This document shows, one piece after another, positions 1 to 12,782 of a stretch of 64,000 nucleotides of DNA (position 1 is its first letter; each line of letters begins with the position of its first letter). The position numbers and the translations under genes were made by a program. Location: contig NC_081354.1 in assembly GCF_030684315.1 (NCBI RefSeq), positions 69,874,685 to 69,938,684 on the forward strand. The letters are read 5' to 3'. The notes under the pieces were generated by a model. That model was not told the origin of the DNA, did no database searches, and worked only from the letters and a program-made list of their open reading frames with translations. The DNA is from Stegostoma tigrinum (lineage: Eukaryota).

Positions 1-1915
1 CCGCTGCCTTCTGGGGCAGAACATTTCCTTATATCCACCACTCTCTCGGTGAAGAAGTTTTTCCTCAACTCTGTTCTAAATGTCCTCCCCCTTATTTTTA
101 AACGGTGTCCTCTGGTTCTGGACTCATCCATCAGCAGAAACATGTTTCTTGCCTCCAGAGCATCCAAACCCTTAATAATCTTATACGTCTCAATCAGATC
201 CCCTCTCATCCTCCTAAACTCAAGTGTATACGAGCCCAGCCGCTCCAATCTTTCAACATATGATAGTCCCGCCATTCCAGGAATTGACCTCGTGAACCTA
301 CACTGCACTCCCTCAATAGCCAGAATGTCCTTCCTCAAATTTGGAGACCAAAACTCCACACAATACTCCAGGTGCGGTCTCACCAGAGCCCTGTACAGCT
401 GCAGAAGGATCTCTTTGCTCCTATACTCAATTCCTCTTGTTATGAAGGCCAGCATGCCATTAGCTTTCTTCACTGCCTGCTGTACCTGCATGCTTGCTTT
501 CATTGACTGATGTACAAGAACACCTAGATCTCGTTGTGCTTCCCCTTTACCTAACTTGACTCCATTTTGATAATAATCTGCCTTCCTGTTCTTGCCACCA
601 AAGTGGATAACCACACATTTATCCACATTAAACTGCATCTGCCATGTATCCGTCCACTCACCTAGCCTGTCCTTGTCACCCTATATTCTCATAACATCCT
701 CCTCACATTTCACACTGCCACCCAACTTTGAGTCATCAGCAAATTTGCTAATATTACTTCTAATGCCTTCGTCTATATCATTAATGTATATTGTAAACAG
801 CTGCAGTCCCAGCACCAAACCTTGTGGAACCCCACTGGTCACCGCCTGCCATTCCAAAAGGGACTCATTTATCACTACTCTTTGCTTCCTGACAGCCAGC
901 CAATTTTCAATCCAAGCCAGTATTTTGCCCCCAGTACCATGTGCCCGAATTTTGCTCACCAATCTCCTATGTGGGACTTATCAAACGCTTTCTGAAAGTC
1001 CAGGTACACGACATCCACTGGTTTTCCTTTGTCCATCTTCCTAGATACATCCTCAAAAAATTCCAGAAGATTAGTCAAGCACGATTTCCCCTTTGTAAAT
1101 CCATGCTGACTCTGACCTATCCTGTTACTGCTATCCAAATGAGTCTTAATTTCATCTTTTATAATTGACCCCAGCATCTTTCCCAACACTGACATCAGTC
1201 TAACCGGTCTATAATTTTCTGTTTTCTCTCTCCCTCCTTTCTTGAAAAGTGGGACAACATTAGCCACCCTCCAATCCGCAGGAATGGATCCTGAATCTAT
1301 AGAACATTGGAAAATGATTACCAATGCGTCCACAATTTCTAGAGCCACCTCCTTAAGTACCCTGGGATGCAGACCATCAGGTCCTGGGGTCTTATCAGCC
1401 TTCAGGCCTAACAGTCTATCTAACATCATTTCCTGCCTAATATAAATTCCCTTCAGTTCATCCATTACCCTAGGTCCTTCAGCCACTATTACATCTGGGA
1501 GATTGCTTGTGCCTTCCCTCGTGAAGACAGATCCAACGTACCTATTCAACTCTTCTGCCATTTCCTTGTTCCCCATAATAAATTCACCCATTTCTGACTT
1601 CAAGGGCCCAATTTTAGTCTTAACTATTTCTTTTCTTTTCACATACCTAAAAAAAGTTTTACTGTCCTCCTTTATATTTTTGGTCAGTTTTCCTTCGTAC
1701 CTCATTTTTTCTCTGTGTATTGCCTTTTTAGTTATCTTTTGTTGCTCTTTAAAAGCTTCCCAATCCACCAGCTTCCCACTCATCTTTGCTATGTTATGCT
1801 TCTTCTCTTTTATTTTTATATGGTCCTTAACTCCCCTTGTCAGCCACGGCCGCCCCTGCCTTCCCTTAGGATCTTTCTTCCTCTTTGGAATGAACTGATC
1901 CTGCACCTTCTGCAC
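1..1915 (-). mobile_element. CR1 LINE ORF2 (reverse transcriptase) segment, disrupted
   Basis: ORFs 956-1915 and 681-962 contain KTPGPDG, NYRPV, QHGF..GKSCLTNL, YLDFQKAFDK, GVPQG and KFADDSK. The element runs off the window start. Confidence 0.95.
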
Positions 1916-2760
1916 CTATTAGGGTGCAACCCGACCCTCTTGTACAATTTACACTTACCCCAAAACATATCCCAGTGATACAAGAATTTAAATCCTTGCT
2001 TCCGGCTCCAGTTCCTCAGCCACACGTTCAAGTCCATTATCTCCCTGTTCCTGCCCTCTCCAGCCTGAGGAACTGGAAGCAAACCGGAGATAACCACCCT
2101 GGAAGTCCTGCTTTTCAGCCTTTTTCCAAGTTCTCTGAAGTCCCACTGTAGAATGTCCCTCCTTTTCTTCCCGACATCATTAGTGAGGACATGGACCACC
2201 ACCTCTGGCTCTTCACAATCGCCCTGGAGGATTCCCTGCACTCTATCAGTGACGTCCTGGATCCTGGCACCAGGAAGGCAACACACCATCCTCAAATCCC
2301 ACCTGTTGCCGCAGAAACCCCTTTCAGTCCCTCTCACTATGGAGTCCCCTATTCCCACAGCTCTGCGTGATGTCTGGCTCCTCGGCTCTGCATCTACACC
2401 AATATTTGACTCGCAGACCTGTCTGCCTCTCGGACTGGCAGTGTCGTCTGTCTCGACAGTTTCCAAGAGAGTCAACCTGTTTACAATAGGTACTTCCCCA
2501 GGGGTCTCTTATACTTCATTCATGTCTTCCTTCCTCATCGACATCCCCCTTCTCTCTTCAGGTATCCTCAGTGTAATGACCTCACTGAAGGTCCTGTCCA
2601 GAAAATTCTCGTTCTCTTGGAAGAGCCTGAGGTCCACTAGCTCTTTCTTCAGTGCTGCACCAACACAAATGACATGGAGGTGCTGACATTGGACTGTGGT
2701 GAGCAAGGTCACAGCTTTCAATATGTCATCAATGACAGCAAACATTTCACTAAGATCATC
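1916..2760 (-). mobile_element. CR1 LINE ORF1 (SGNH/GDSL esterase-like)
   Basis: ORF 1840-2475 contains IGDSIVRG, CLPGARIQD, VVVHVLTND, VVISGLLP and GLHPN, typical of the vertebrate CR1 ORF1 esterase. Confidence 0.88.
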
Positions 2761-2789
2761 CCTACGCCTCCACTTCTCACCTTCAAACA

Positions 2790-3775
2790 ACTGCCAAACT
2801 TAAACAGACCATCATTTGCAGCAAACTACCCAGCCTTCAGGATAACATTGATCACAACACCACATGACCCTGCCACAACAACCGCTGCCAGACATCATCA
2901 ACATGGATACTACCATCGCACATGGGAACACCACCCCACGTACACAGCAGACACTCAGGTGACTCCAATAATGTCGTCCACTTCGTACACTGCAGGTAAG
3001 GATGCCGCGAGACAGGGTATATTGGCAAGACCAAGCAAACGCCAAGACAAAGATGAATGGACATCGCAGAACAATCACCAGACAGTAATGTTCCTCCCAG
3101 ATGGGGAAAACTTCGGTGGTCAAGGACATTCAGTCCCCAATCTTTAACTAAGTGCCCTTAAAGACAACCTGTGAGATGCACAACAATGCAGAATCACCGA
3201 GCAGAAACCGACAGCCAAATTCAGTAGCCATGAAGACTGCCTCAACTGTGATTTTGGGTTCATTTTGTGCTGCATGTAACCCCACCATATTGTTCTGTTT
3301 CTGTAAAATCCTCCTTACTGTCCTGTTTTGACGTCATCACTTGTTTTGATCTCTATCTTAATTAGTTTGTACAGTTTTGGATTACTGGTTACTTTGGTTA
3401 GTCCCTTGGCATGTGACTCATACCTATCGTGTTATTCTAGTCATTTGGTTTGTCTCCAGCATCACTTTAATTTTAAATTTTTTGTAATTATTTCTCTGCT
3501 CAATTAAGCAGATTATAGGTCATACCTTCACTTGCTAGTCAGCTGCTGAGACTTTACTCACACCATCTGACACTGTTGATCACCTGCAGAGATTTATAAT
3601 TCAGCTTGTCGACTCTCCACTCACTCGATTTGCATGATCTGTTGATCCCTCTACCTATAAATTATGTGCCAGTGTGCTCCTCGTCACTCCACCTGATGAA
3701 GAACCAGTGCTCTGAGAGCTTGTGATTTCAAATAAACCTGTTGGGCTATAATCTGGTGTTGTGCAACTTCTGACC
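2790..3775 (+). mobile_element. Degenerate Penelope-like element, GIY-YIG and 3' end
   Basis: Degenerate reading MNGHRRTITRQ...GENFGGQGHS around 3050-3135. The 3' end has CTGATGAAG...AATAAA at ~3693-3737. Confidence 0.6.
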
Positions 3776-3789
3776 TGGAATATATTTCC

Positions 3790-4190
3790 AAGTCAGGATG
3801 GTAAGTGACTTGGAGTGGATTTTGATAGTTCCTGGATAGTTGTCTGATAGCTCCATGTGTCTATTGCCATTGTTTTCTGATTAAGGGATTTTAGATTTGG
3901 AAAGTGTTGTTTAAGGAGCTTTGCTGTATTTCTACAGTGCATCTTGTAGATGGTAAACACTGCTGCTACTGAACACCAGTGGTGGAGGGTTGAGTGCTTG
4001 TGCATGTAGTGCTAATCAAGCGACTGCCTTGTCTTGAATGGTGTCAGGCATCTTGAGTGTTGTTGGAGCTGCAGCCATCCAGGCAAGTGGGGAATATTCC
4101 ATCACACTCCTGGCTTATGCATTTGTAGGTGGTGGACAGGCTTTGGGGGTCCAGGAGGTTACTCCCTGCAAGATTCCTAGCATCTGATCT
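3790..4190 (-). mobile_element. Old LINE 3' fragment
   Basis: Similar to the degenerate repeat at 56520-56870 (GCATCTTRTAGATGGTA...). No intact ORF. Confidence 0.5.
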
Positions 4191-4867
4191 ATTTGTGAAG
4201 CTACACTTTTTACACCAACAATTCAGTACCGTTTCTGGTCATAAAAATCCATGCGATTTTACAAGCTTTAACTTGAAATCAACCAGAATGTATCTTTTAG
4301 CATTGTTTCAGAAAAACATAGATGATTATCATTCGTCAATTCATTAAATTTATCCCCTCAAAGAAACTCACAACAGTTCATCTGAATATTAAGAAACAGT
4401 GACAACATACATTCATTATCAGAATCTCTTCTTATCTGGAGAGCAACAAAATTGCCATTAATTCTCCATTATTGCAGACATTAAAGTTGAACAATTGATA
4501 TCATCCATCTCATTGAACATCCTCTACAAGTTCAGAATGTTTTCCCCATACCTGCAGTGTGTTTTGATTAGAAATTATTTTCTGACAATGATAAAGAATT
4601 GCAAGCAAATTGATTTCAGTCACAGAATAATTTGCATAAGCAGTTACTCTTAATAAACATTTGCAAGACTATGAAAAAAAATTCAAATCTGTCTCAAAGC
4701 CTTATGAAATATATCAGGCAGTTTTCATCAGCAGTGAGTAAACAATTACAGTGTGACTGAGTTAAAAATTAAAATCATTTTCATAAAATAAAGCAGGGTA
4801 AATATTCAAACAAGCCATCAGATGGTGCTAGCAGGGAATTAATATCCCAGACAAAACAACTTTCATT

Positions 4868-7800
4868 TCACTGTCCATCATCCTCCAGGTTCGCAGGTTT
4901 GGAACTAAGTCCATCCCATTGTGGCTTCAGTTCTCTCTTGTGTGAATTGGCACCTGAAGTTTAAAACAAAAATCGTATTTCCCAGCCAACTGCAACTGTT
5001 TATTTTAGTACAAAAAATATCAGGCAGGATTTTCCTGTGTGAACATAAGGAGGACGGCAAGTGAGTTTCATGGTGTAATTTCTGCGATAACCCAGTTATG
5101 CAGTACAATTGCTCACTTCTCATCTTATTATTTGTGTAAGCCCAGTGTTAGGCGTATTATTTAGCAAATCATGTGATGAAGAAGTCACTGCTGAGACCTC
5201 CTGCACTGCCACGGTGATGCCACCCGAAGGTTGCAGGAACAGCAACTCATATTCCGCCTGGGAACCCTGCAGCCATATGGTATCAATGTGGACTTCACCA
5301 GTTTCAAAATCTCCCCTTCCCCTACTGCATCCCTAAACCAGCCCAGTTCGTCCCCTCCCCCCACTGCACCACACAACCAGCCCAGCTCTTCCCCCCGACC
5401 CACTGCATCCCAAAACCAGTCCAACCTGTCTCTGCCTCCCTAACCGGTTCTTCCTCTCACCCATCCCTTCCTCCCACCCCAAGCCGCACCCCCATCTACC
5501 TACTAACCTCATCCCACCTCCTTGACCTGTCCGTCTTCCCTGGACTGACCTATCCCCTCCCTACCTCCCCGCCTATACTCTCTCCACCTATCTTCTTTAA
5601 TCTCCATCTTCGGTCCGCCTCCCCCTCTCTCCCTATTTATTCCAGTTCCCTCTCCCCATCCCCCTCTCTGATGAAGGGTCTAGGCCTGAAACGTCAGCTT
5701 TTGTGCTCCTGAGATGCTGCTTGGCCTGCTGTGTTCATCCAGCCTCACATTTTATTATCTTGGAATTCTCCAGCATCTGCAGTTCCCATTATCACTGCTG
5801 AGACCTTCTGTCTTTCAAACTCTGAAGCCATCTTTAAAACGCAGACTGATACCACTTAAGATGCTGCAAGCCTGAAATGGCTCTTTACACTGCATTGTCC
5901 ACCTCTTAAAGTCTCAAAACGTAGTCCTGAAAAAAAAAGCCACTCCTAGTTTCAGGGAGAAAGCTCTAAAGTATTGGTGAATGGGATAATGGAGAGGTCA
6001 GTGCTCTTCCCAGGTGACCACAACAGAATACTACACTATATGACATGTCCAGCCGGGACAGAGATGGAAACATGGGTCAGTGCTGACTCCATCATCTAAA
6101 GGGATACGCAGCAGTGCAAAAAGAAAGTCAATCACATCCTGCATTCCACAAGTGTACGTGGCACCACCACCCCTCTGCTACCTCCTCTTACAAGGCCATT
6201 GCTTTAAGGTTGGGAACTCAACACCAATGGCAGGGTGATATAGAGACAAGAGATCTTAACCTTCTTCAGGTACCCCTTCCTCTCTGGGTGACAAGTGGCA
6301 CCTGGAAGCACCCACAGGAGGGACCAACACAGGCATGCAATAAGATTCTTCTCAGGACTATTGTGTCCTTCTGACAGCACCCTGCCTGTGATCCCAAAGA
6401 CTACCACAGTTCACACTGACAAGGTTGAGCCCGCATCTGGGCAAAATATTCCATGAGGCATGAGGGGCAACTGCCTTTATTTTCCAAGTCAGCAGGGTCA
6501 GAGCACACTCTCTCCACCCCAGGTTCAGGCATTGAGACTGCATCTGGTGCTGGGAAGGACAGGTGGAAGAAAACAGACTGAGGGCACACTGCTGCTACAT
6601 CATTATAAATATGCGATTAGTTCTGACAGTATATTTTCATTTGCACTGTTACAAAGTTTGCTGTCGTATTGTTTTCAGTGCAGCATCTAGTTAAATCAGA
6701 CCCATGTTCAAGATGAGGTCCTCATCCCCAGCATGTAAAGAGTTTGCATTGCAATTGCAAAAGCAATCAAGACTTTGACTGTAGAAAACTTCACACAGCA
6801 GTGATCTTTAAAATCTATCTTTGAAGACTGTAGCCAAGGCATTGCACATTAATATGAAGGACACTGAAGTTAAAGCCAATCCCTGGGGATAGTACTAAAC
6901 CCAGTGACCTACCTTATAGTTGACTGTGCAAAACCAGCAATGATTTCACACATCTCTTTTGGGAAAGGTTGTTCCTATATATGAGTTTCTCAATAACATT
7001 CAAGGCTGGGTGATGTTCACTGGCCAGCTCACATGTTCATTGCCCCTCCTAGTGCAGTTGTCTGCAGAGAAAAGCCTCTGGCAGGTCAAAGCCTGTTTTG
7101 GAGGATTTTCAAGCATGTCAAGGCAATGTTGCAGTCTCTGTCCTCCAAAATACTGAAGGAATACAGATAAAGGAAGTATCAGAAGGACTCATGTCAAACT
7201 AAAAACCAAAAGAACTGCAGATACTGTAAATCAGGAACAAAAACAAAGTTGCTCAAAAAGCTCAGCAGATCTGGCAGCATCTGTGAAGAAATTAAACAGA
7301 GTTAACATTTCGGATCCGGTGACCCTACCTCAGAACTGTCATGTCAAACTATTGGCTATCACAAGAACCTCGCTCACAAATGCCTCATATGTGTTTCCTG
7401 AAGGCACATTTCAGAGCTGCATAACTTTTGCGGCAAGTGACAAAGACACAATGTCTCATTGTTGAAGATATCATTAAGATGGATAATATAGTAGTTAGTG
7501 TATAAGAAAGAAGTGAAGAAAAAAAACGAGCAAGTTACAGATGTCCTTTACATTGTCAGGAATTTGATACAAAAACAAGCAAACAAAGTAACCAAGGAAG
7601 TGGCTGGATTTTAGGTTACCCGTGGCCTCTTTGGACCCTCTGGAATGTAATACTGGACCTCTTCATGGACGTCCTGGTGAATGTCCTAATCCTCAGCCTC
7701 AACCTCACCCTTGGGCATTAGTCTCACTGACCCATTTTGTTCCCATCAAGGGCATTCCTCCTTCATCTGTAAAACTTGTGAAGGGACCAGTAATATATAG

Positions 7801-10800
7801 CAATGATGTGGGACACTTTGCTTGGCCATGGCTGAGAAGTCCCACTGGAGCAGTCCAGCTATCAAACCTCATTCTCAGAAGGCCTATTGTCTATTCCACT
7901 ATGAGCCAATTAGAAGAGTGTCCAGCAGTGTACTGTTATTCTGCACCAGTCTGTGCATTTCCAACAGGTTTGGAGCCAGATTTGGAGAGGGTATCCCGTG
8001 TCTCCCAGCAACTCTGCCTGTATGGACCAAGAATCTTGGAAAGAAGGAGGTCCCAGTGAATATGTATGAGTTATGGCATCTGTCAGGACATCTGATCCCT
8101 GCCAGGATATTGATGCTCCTCCAGTTTAGGTGCAACCCATCCTCCCAGTACAGGTCTCACCTGCCCCAGAAGATATCCCAATGATCCACATACCTGAAAC
8201 TCTCCCTCTTACACCAGCTCTTTAGGCATGGATTTAGCTGGACTGTGAGTTATGAAATATTTATTCCTAATTTGGTGACTCTTTTGTTAAATGACCATCT
8301 TGGTCAGTCTTTGAATTAGAACAGACAATGAGAGCGCATGTCTTGCTGTCAAACAGGGACTCCAGAGTTTGGATGTTCAGGTTCACTTTCTGCCTACGTT
8401 GCCCTTGCAATTGGCCATTGATCCTTTACCCAATGGAATCAGTGCAGGGATGTTGCACACCCTACCCAATGGAGAAGAAAGCCAAGCTGGTTTTGATTCA
8501 TGCTCTCTCACTCAAGCAGAGGCATGATATGCCCCAAGGGGAGATGGAGGCCCTGAACATCATTTTCAACCTGACGAAATGTTACCATAACTTACTGAGC
8601 TGTCATATCATTCCGCTGACATATCATCCTATCTTCATATTTGGTCATCTTCAGACCAGACACTGGAATTTCCTCGACAGCAGCCTCCCTCACTGGTGAC
8701 AGCACCAGAGGTGAACCCTACTCCCTTCAGCTAACTTATATGATATAAAATACACGAGGTTGGAGCAACACGCACATGCAGATATATTGTCCAGGTTGCC
8801 CTTGCTCTCAAGTTAAGGGCAATCCAGTCTCAGGGTGAAGACTCTGTACTTCTCCCAATCAGGAAATGAGCCAGTGATGTGACACATTTGGAAATGATAC
8901 CAGAAATGATATTGTTTTCAGCCAAGTGACGGATCTGCTCCTAAAAGGGCAGAAGTCACCTGGAACTTAAGCCGTACATGTTCCAGAGTTGGGAATTGTC
9001 AGCTTAGAACAGTTGCCTATGATGGGGAATGGGTGCAATCATCTCTCCGTATATCTCTGTGATACAAGTTGCGAGAGCAGTTGCACTAGGCTTATTGTGG
9101 GTAGTGAGGTCAAAAGAGCTTGACAGGATGTATTTTTGGAGGCTGAATTTGGATAACCAGATTGAAGCCAGTTTGTACCAGGCTTGCACATAAGCCAGGA
9201 AAACAAAGCCATTGTCATCATTACACACTAGGAATGGGCTGAGGTGCCATGACAATGTGCCCACATTAATTTCACCCACCCTTTTGAGGGTCAAATGATG
9301 CTGGTGGCAGCTGGTGATCATTTCAAGTGTTTGCAGGTGATGGTAAAGAGATCCACTTCTGCAGAGTTGACCATCAAAAAAGTGGACAAAATGTTTCCGA
9401 GGTTTGGTAGCCATGAGAAAGTTGTCAGCAACAATGGCCCTCAGCTCCTCATGGAGGAAATGCACTGACTAATGGAATGCAATGACATTCAGCTTATTAA
9501 CTCAGCATCCCATCACCCCTCAGTGGTCTTGTGGAAAGGTTCATACGATCATTAAAGCACTCATTGAAAATATCAAAGGGAAAGTGAGCTAGTTAATGAA
9601 GTCAACAGCATCCTGACCATGTGCCGAACCACATCTCATGCCACTACCCAGAACTCGCAGCTTAAAAGGAAGTTAAGTACCACATTCAATTTGTAGCTAC
9701 CTGAATCATATTATCCCTGCAGTGTGGAAGCAGGCCATTTGGCTCATCACGTCCAATTGACCCTCCAGAGAGCATCACACCCATATATCTTATCTACATC
9801 CCATAACCCTGCATTTCCCATGTTTAATCCACCTAGCCTGCACATCCTGGACACTATGGGCAATTTTGTATGCATAATCCACCTAACCTGCACAACTTTG
9901 GACTGTGGGAGGAAACCAGAGCACTCAAAGGAAAATGGGAGAATGTGCAAACTCTATACCGACAGTCGCCTGAGGACAGAATCAAACCTGGGTCTCTGAT
10001 GCTGTGATGCAGTACTGCTAACCACTGAGCCACCATACTTCTCCTACCCTGCATAATCCCATGAAAAAACACACAGGATTTTTTAGAAGAATCGATTAAA
10101 CTAGATGTCCAGAAAGGAAACAAATGCGAAGAGGCACTGTTTTTGGCAGGGTAAGAGGTGGAAATCCAGCTGCAGGCCACTTGAATGGGTTACGGCCTCT
10201 GCAGGTGGACAGGCCACTTCCATATTGAGGCATCCTTATGTTGTCTTGCTTTCATCTGCAGGGCCAAGCCCTCCTGTTGGGGCTGCTAGCCTTAAATCAG
10301 TGTGAGTCTGACGATTGCTATTGCTGCATCTGGACAATGATTGAGAAGGTGGGCTAGTTAAGAGGTTGCAGTGTGGAACATTTTCCTGGTGAGCCTTCAG
10401 AACTTGTGCACATTGTAATCTCTATGTGGGTTCGATGCTGCAATCCCACTGCTGATTGGAACATAAAGTCTGAATTTTGACAAACACCAAACACCAACCT
10501 TTCTTAGCTTTAATGATAATCTTCAACCAATCAGCATCAGGGCTCACGCATAATTTCTTTCCATTTTTCATGCTGACTCTGTGAAGGTAAGGAGAGCTTT
10601 TAGAAACCAATCCACGGAAATGAGAGATCTTCCACTGAGAGTCGAGAATTTAGTTAGACTTTAACATAAATTATCTGCTTCATAAATAATGATTGATGCA
10701 ACATACTTTCAGTAAATAACAGAGTATGCAAATAGACATAATAGATGAAGAAAGGTTAAAGGTGACATTCTCACATTATCTCCAGTGTCTCACAGTGTGA

Positions 10801-11665
10801 TCCTTTGGGAATATACTTCAAGCTCTTGATGAGTTTTGGATTGATTAGCTCAGAGCTGGTGTTGGGGCACAAGCACCGGGCTTGAGTTCCTGGCAGAGGA
10901 ATGCCTGTGAAAAGATTGTTTTAACTTATTTTACATTAGTGATTGAAGTAGAGTGAATCTTTGCACTTCGTTCCAATGTGAGATCCTTAATATATTTCTG
11001 CATGGTTCACAACAAAATACCAATTGACTGTCCAAATAACGACAATCAATAAAATTATTCTGTCATCCTGGAAATAAACATTACAATTAATAAAAAGTAA
11101 TCACTGAAATGTTACAGTGCAGAAGGAAGCCGTTTGACCCATTGTCTCTGCATTGCTTTTACAAAAGATCAAAGCTCCCTGCTGCCAAACTCTTGCTTTT
11201 CCTCCAAAACCCTTGCACATTATTTCAATCCAAGTAATCATCAATACCCTCCCTCAATTGAGGCAATTGAACCTGCCACCATGACACTTCCAAGCAATGC
11301 ATTCCATACCCTAGCTACTCATTGCATGAAATAGCCCTTTCGCAAAAGAAAATGCAATCAACTCTTTTCTAGTTACTAAATTCCAGGCTAAAATTGATGA
11401 AAGTGATTAAATACAGCTATATTAATAATTCAGCATTCAAACTGGCATTGTACAGCCAGCAAAATTGGTGAGCATTAACACTTTAATAAATATCCATCCA
11501 GTGCACTGAGACATATATTGCTGGTCAATACGTCAGCAGAAAGACTATCTTCCATGTCATACTGATGGAAAAAACTAAAGCACAACAGAGAAATGTTGAC
11601 ATACCTTGTGCAGTTATACCACACAACAGCAGGATGATAGTTATCATGGTAGTTGTTTTGTTCAT
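4868..11665 (-). CDS. CXC chemokine A, ELR-negative, CXCL9/10/11-like, 118 aa with extended acidic C-terminal tail
   Basis: Coding exons 11665-11605, 10904-10775, 10578-10499, 4953-4868 (61/130/80/86 nt), all GT-AG. Translation: MNKTTTMITIILLLCGITAQGIPLPGTQARCLCPNTSSELINPKLIKSLKYIPKGSHCETLEIIVSMKNGKKLCVSPDADWLKIIIKAKKGANSHKRELKPQWDGLSSKPANLEDDGQ. It has a signal peptide, C-X-C, the HC..EII and C-x-x-P-x-x-x-W motifs. Exon 4 is assigned by homology to the paralog exon 4 sequences across a ~5.5 kb intron. Confidence 0.88.
5200..5792 (+). mobile_element. 5'-truncated Penelope-like element (family 1) in intron 3 of gene A
   Basis: GIY-YIG C-terminus (EQQLIFRLGTLQPYGINVDF), pyrimidine-rich UTR and hammerhead-like core 5668-5695. 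A 15-bp TSD TCACTGCTGAGACCT lies at 5185-5199 and 5792-5806. Confidence 0.88.
7202..7338 (-). mobile_element. Short PLE terminal fragment (family 2)
   Basis: Perfect 13-bp TSD TCATGTCAAACTA at 7189-7201 and 7339-7351. Same sequence as the arms at 25588, 37104 and 51922. Confidence 0.8.
8740..9690 (+). mobile_element. Degenerate Gypsy/LTR-retrotransposon integrase remnant
   Basis: Broken reading frames give HADILSRLP (~8772), ELDRMYFWRLNLDNQIE (~9115, zinc-binding region), VVSNNGPQL (~9420; the SDNGPQF motif) and GLVERFIRSLK (~9525). Confidence 0.65.
9705..10036 (-). mobile_element. tRNA-derived SINE (HE1/V-SINE-like)
   Basis: Minus-strand head GGTGGCTCAGTGGTTAGC (A box) with a B-box-like motif and the conserved core TTTCCTCCCACAGTCCAAAG. 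Confidence 0.85.
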
Positions 11666-11760
11666 CTTTGATTTTGTGCTGTTGAATCGATTTTTGCTGA
11701 AGGATCTTCTGTCAACCTCAGTTGAGTGAAGTTCTGCTAAATAGGGATCAAAACAGCTAT

Positions 11761-11872
11761 TATTTATTCAGATCCTCTGCTCTCACTTTGCGTAATCTCA
11801 AACAGTAAAATCTGCTAAAAATCCCGAGGAATGGAGTTTCCCTGCTCCTTGGTCAATCTTTCTTTCACTTTT
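11761..11872 (-). promoter_or_regulatory. Proximal promoter of chemokine A
   Basis: TATA-like ATAAATA 11761-11767 (minus strand); C/EBP TTGCGTAAT 11788-11796; NF-kB GGGAAACTCC 11833-11842 (minus); IRF-type AAAGTGAAAGAAAG ~11858-11872. Order and spacing match B and D. Confidence 0.7.
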
Positions 11873-12782
11873 GCACATCAATGTTGTTTACAGCAGCAAG
11901 CAGCAGGTAACATGCTGTTATATCTGGTGAATACTTTATCTATGCATTCTAAAGATGTAGAAGCACAGAAGCAGGAATTTATCATTTAGCTTTTCATCCT
12001 ACCAGTTCTTCCAGTCAATGAGATAATGGCTGAACTAAAACTTAACTGGATTGATGATCAAAAATCCATCATTCTGACTTCTTAAATTAAGAGCTGACAT
12101 TGCAGGAATTGTCATTTATGGAAGAGAGTTCCAAAGTCTACCACGAAAAAAGACAATTTCCTAATTTCACTTCTGAAAGGTCTGGCTCTAATTTTTGAAC
12201 TTTGCCACCAGTCCTTGCCTCCTCAACCAACAGAAAAAGCTGCTCTCTATTTAAACTACCTTTGATCAGGTTGCCCCTTAACTATCTAAACTCAAGAGAT
12301 TACAATCACGGTTTAGTTATTCTCTCTTTGTAATTTAACCATCGGAGTCCAGATATCATTCCTGGTAAACTGACACTCCAGTTCCTCCAAGACCAGAACA
12401 TAAATCCTAGAATCTGGAGTCAAGACTGCTCACTCTGCCCCAGGTATGTTCTGAACAAAAGGTTTGTACTGCTGAAGAATTACCTCTACCTCCTTTTATT
12501 TTGTTTCTCTTTTGTCACTTTTATTATCCACTAAATCTACTGACATTTCTTCATATTTTGTGCTATCACCTACACTGTTCGCAATGCTGCCAATCTGTAT
12601 GGTGTTGATAACTGTGAACATTTGACTTTCCTACCATCTAAACAATTACGTTCAAAAATGTGGTGAATGGTTGATCCGCCACACAGATCCATGTGGGATG
12701 CCACCAGTCATATCCGAGAATTTGTGTATCTGACCATTAACATGATCTTCTGTCATACTCAACCCAGCCAATTTCCTAACTG

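Noticed and set aside
49-1978. Long plus-strand ORFs (49-510, 592-1044, 1503-1898)
   Set aside because: They are antisense shadows of CR1 ORF2.
6000-8200. ORFs of 60-145 aa inside intron 3 of gene A
   Set aside because: No recognisable domain or splice pattern. Probably decayed repeats that I cannot classify by eye.
10422-10610. Stand-alone 62-aa ORF with CVSPDADW (also 28033-28245, 28691-28879, 57064-57267)
   Set aside because: These are single chemokine exons read through into introns, not independent genes.
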